Source of the DNA: an uncultured Phycisphaerales bacterium
Lineage (GTDB): Bacteria; Planctomycetota; Phycisphaerae; Sedimentisphaerales; Anaerobacaceae
NCBI GenBank assembly: GCA_963772725.1
Contig: CAVYYI010000003.1
Location: forward strand, 64,001-128,000
Direction: 5' to 3'
Length of the DNA stretch: 64,000 nucleotides
Below the pieces are notes generated by a model. The model was not told the DNA's origin and searched no databases. It saw only the letters and a list, made by a program, of their open reading frames with translations. The stretch's first letter is position 1; every line of letters starts with the position of its first letter. The translations under genes were made by a program, and so were the position numbers. Below are positions 63,985-64,000 of this stretch, piece after piece.

Positions 63985-64000
63985 CGGTGTTTTTATTCTA

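Overview
Bacterial chromosomal window, most likely from a Planctomycetota (Phycisphaerae-like) genome. This is inferred from the HYExAFE, Minf_1886 and beta-helix/dockerin-like proteins. Single-base indels break more than 15 genes, including hisS and metG, which points to an error-prone long-read assembly. The backbone runs: start of a dcw cluster (mraZ, rsmH, LysM, ftsL-like, ftsI), tRNA-Gly, proA-proB, hisS, carB, metG, PSP1, holB, tmk, an ECF sigma pair, a type IV pilus cluster, a U32 protein, comEC, OmpA, pilD, coaB, coaC, rpoZ and gmk. Two accessory blocks stand out. (1) A 16.6-kb element (4030-20586) has TGTT(G/A)AC terminal inverted repeats, reiterated TGGCCA end sites and a 5-bp target duplication (CCTGT). 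It looks like a Mu-type transposable prophage reduced to two divergent arms of virion genes that are fused at a junction near 12500. It has no transposase, head or lysis genes, but it keeps a duplicated-domain tail tube, a tape measure protein, glycan-binding tail proteins, three glycosyltransferases (one fused to a methyltransferase and interrupted by a 1531-bp IS) and a Dam-type methylase. (2) An Rrf2-controlled cassette (stand-alone ABC ATPase, HypB/UreG-like GTPase, cysteine desulfurase, Fe-S protein) lies between a full copy and an internally deleted copy of a HYExAFE nuclease-like gene.
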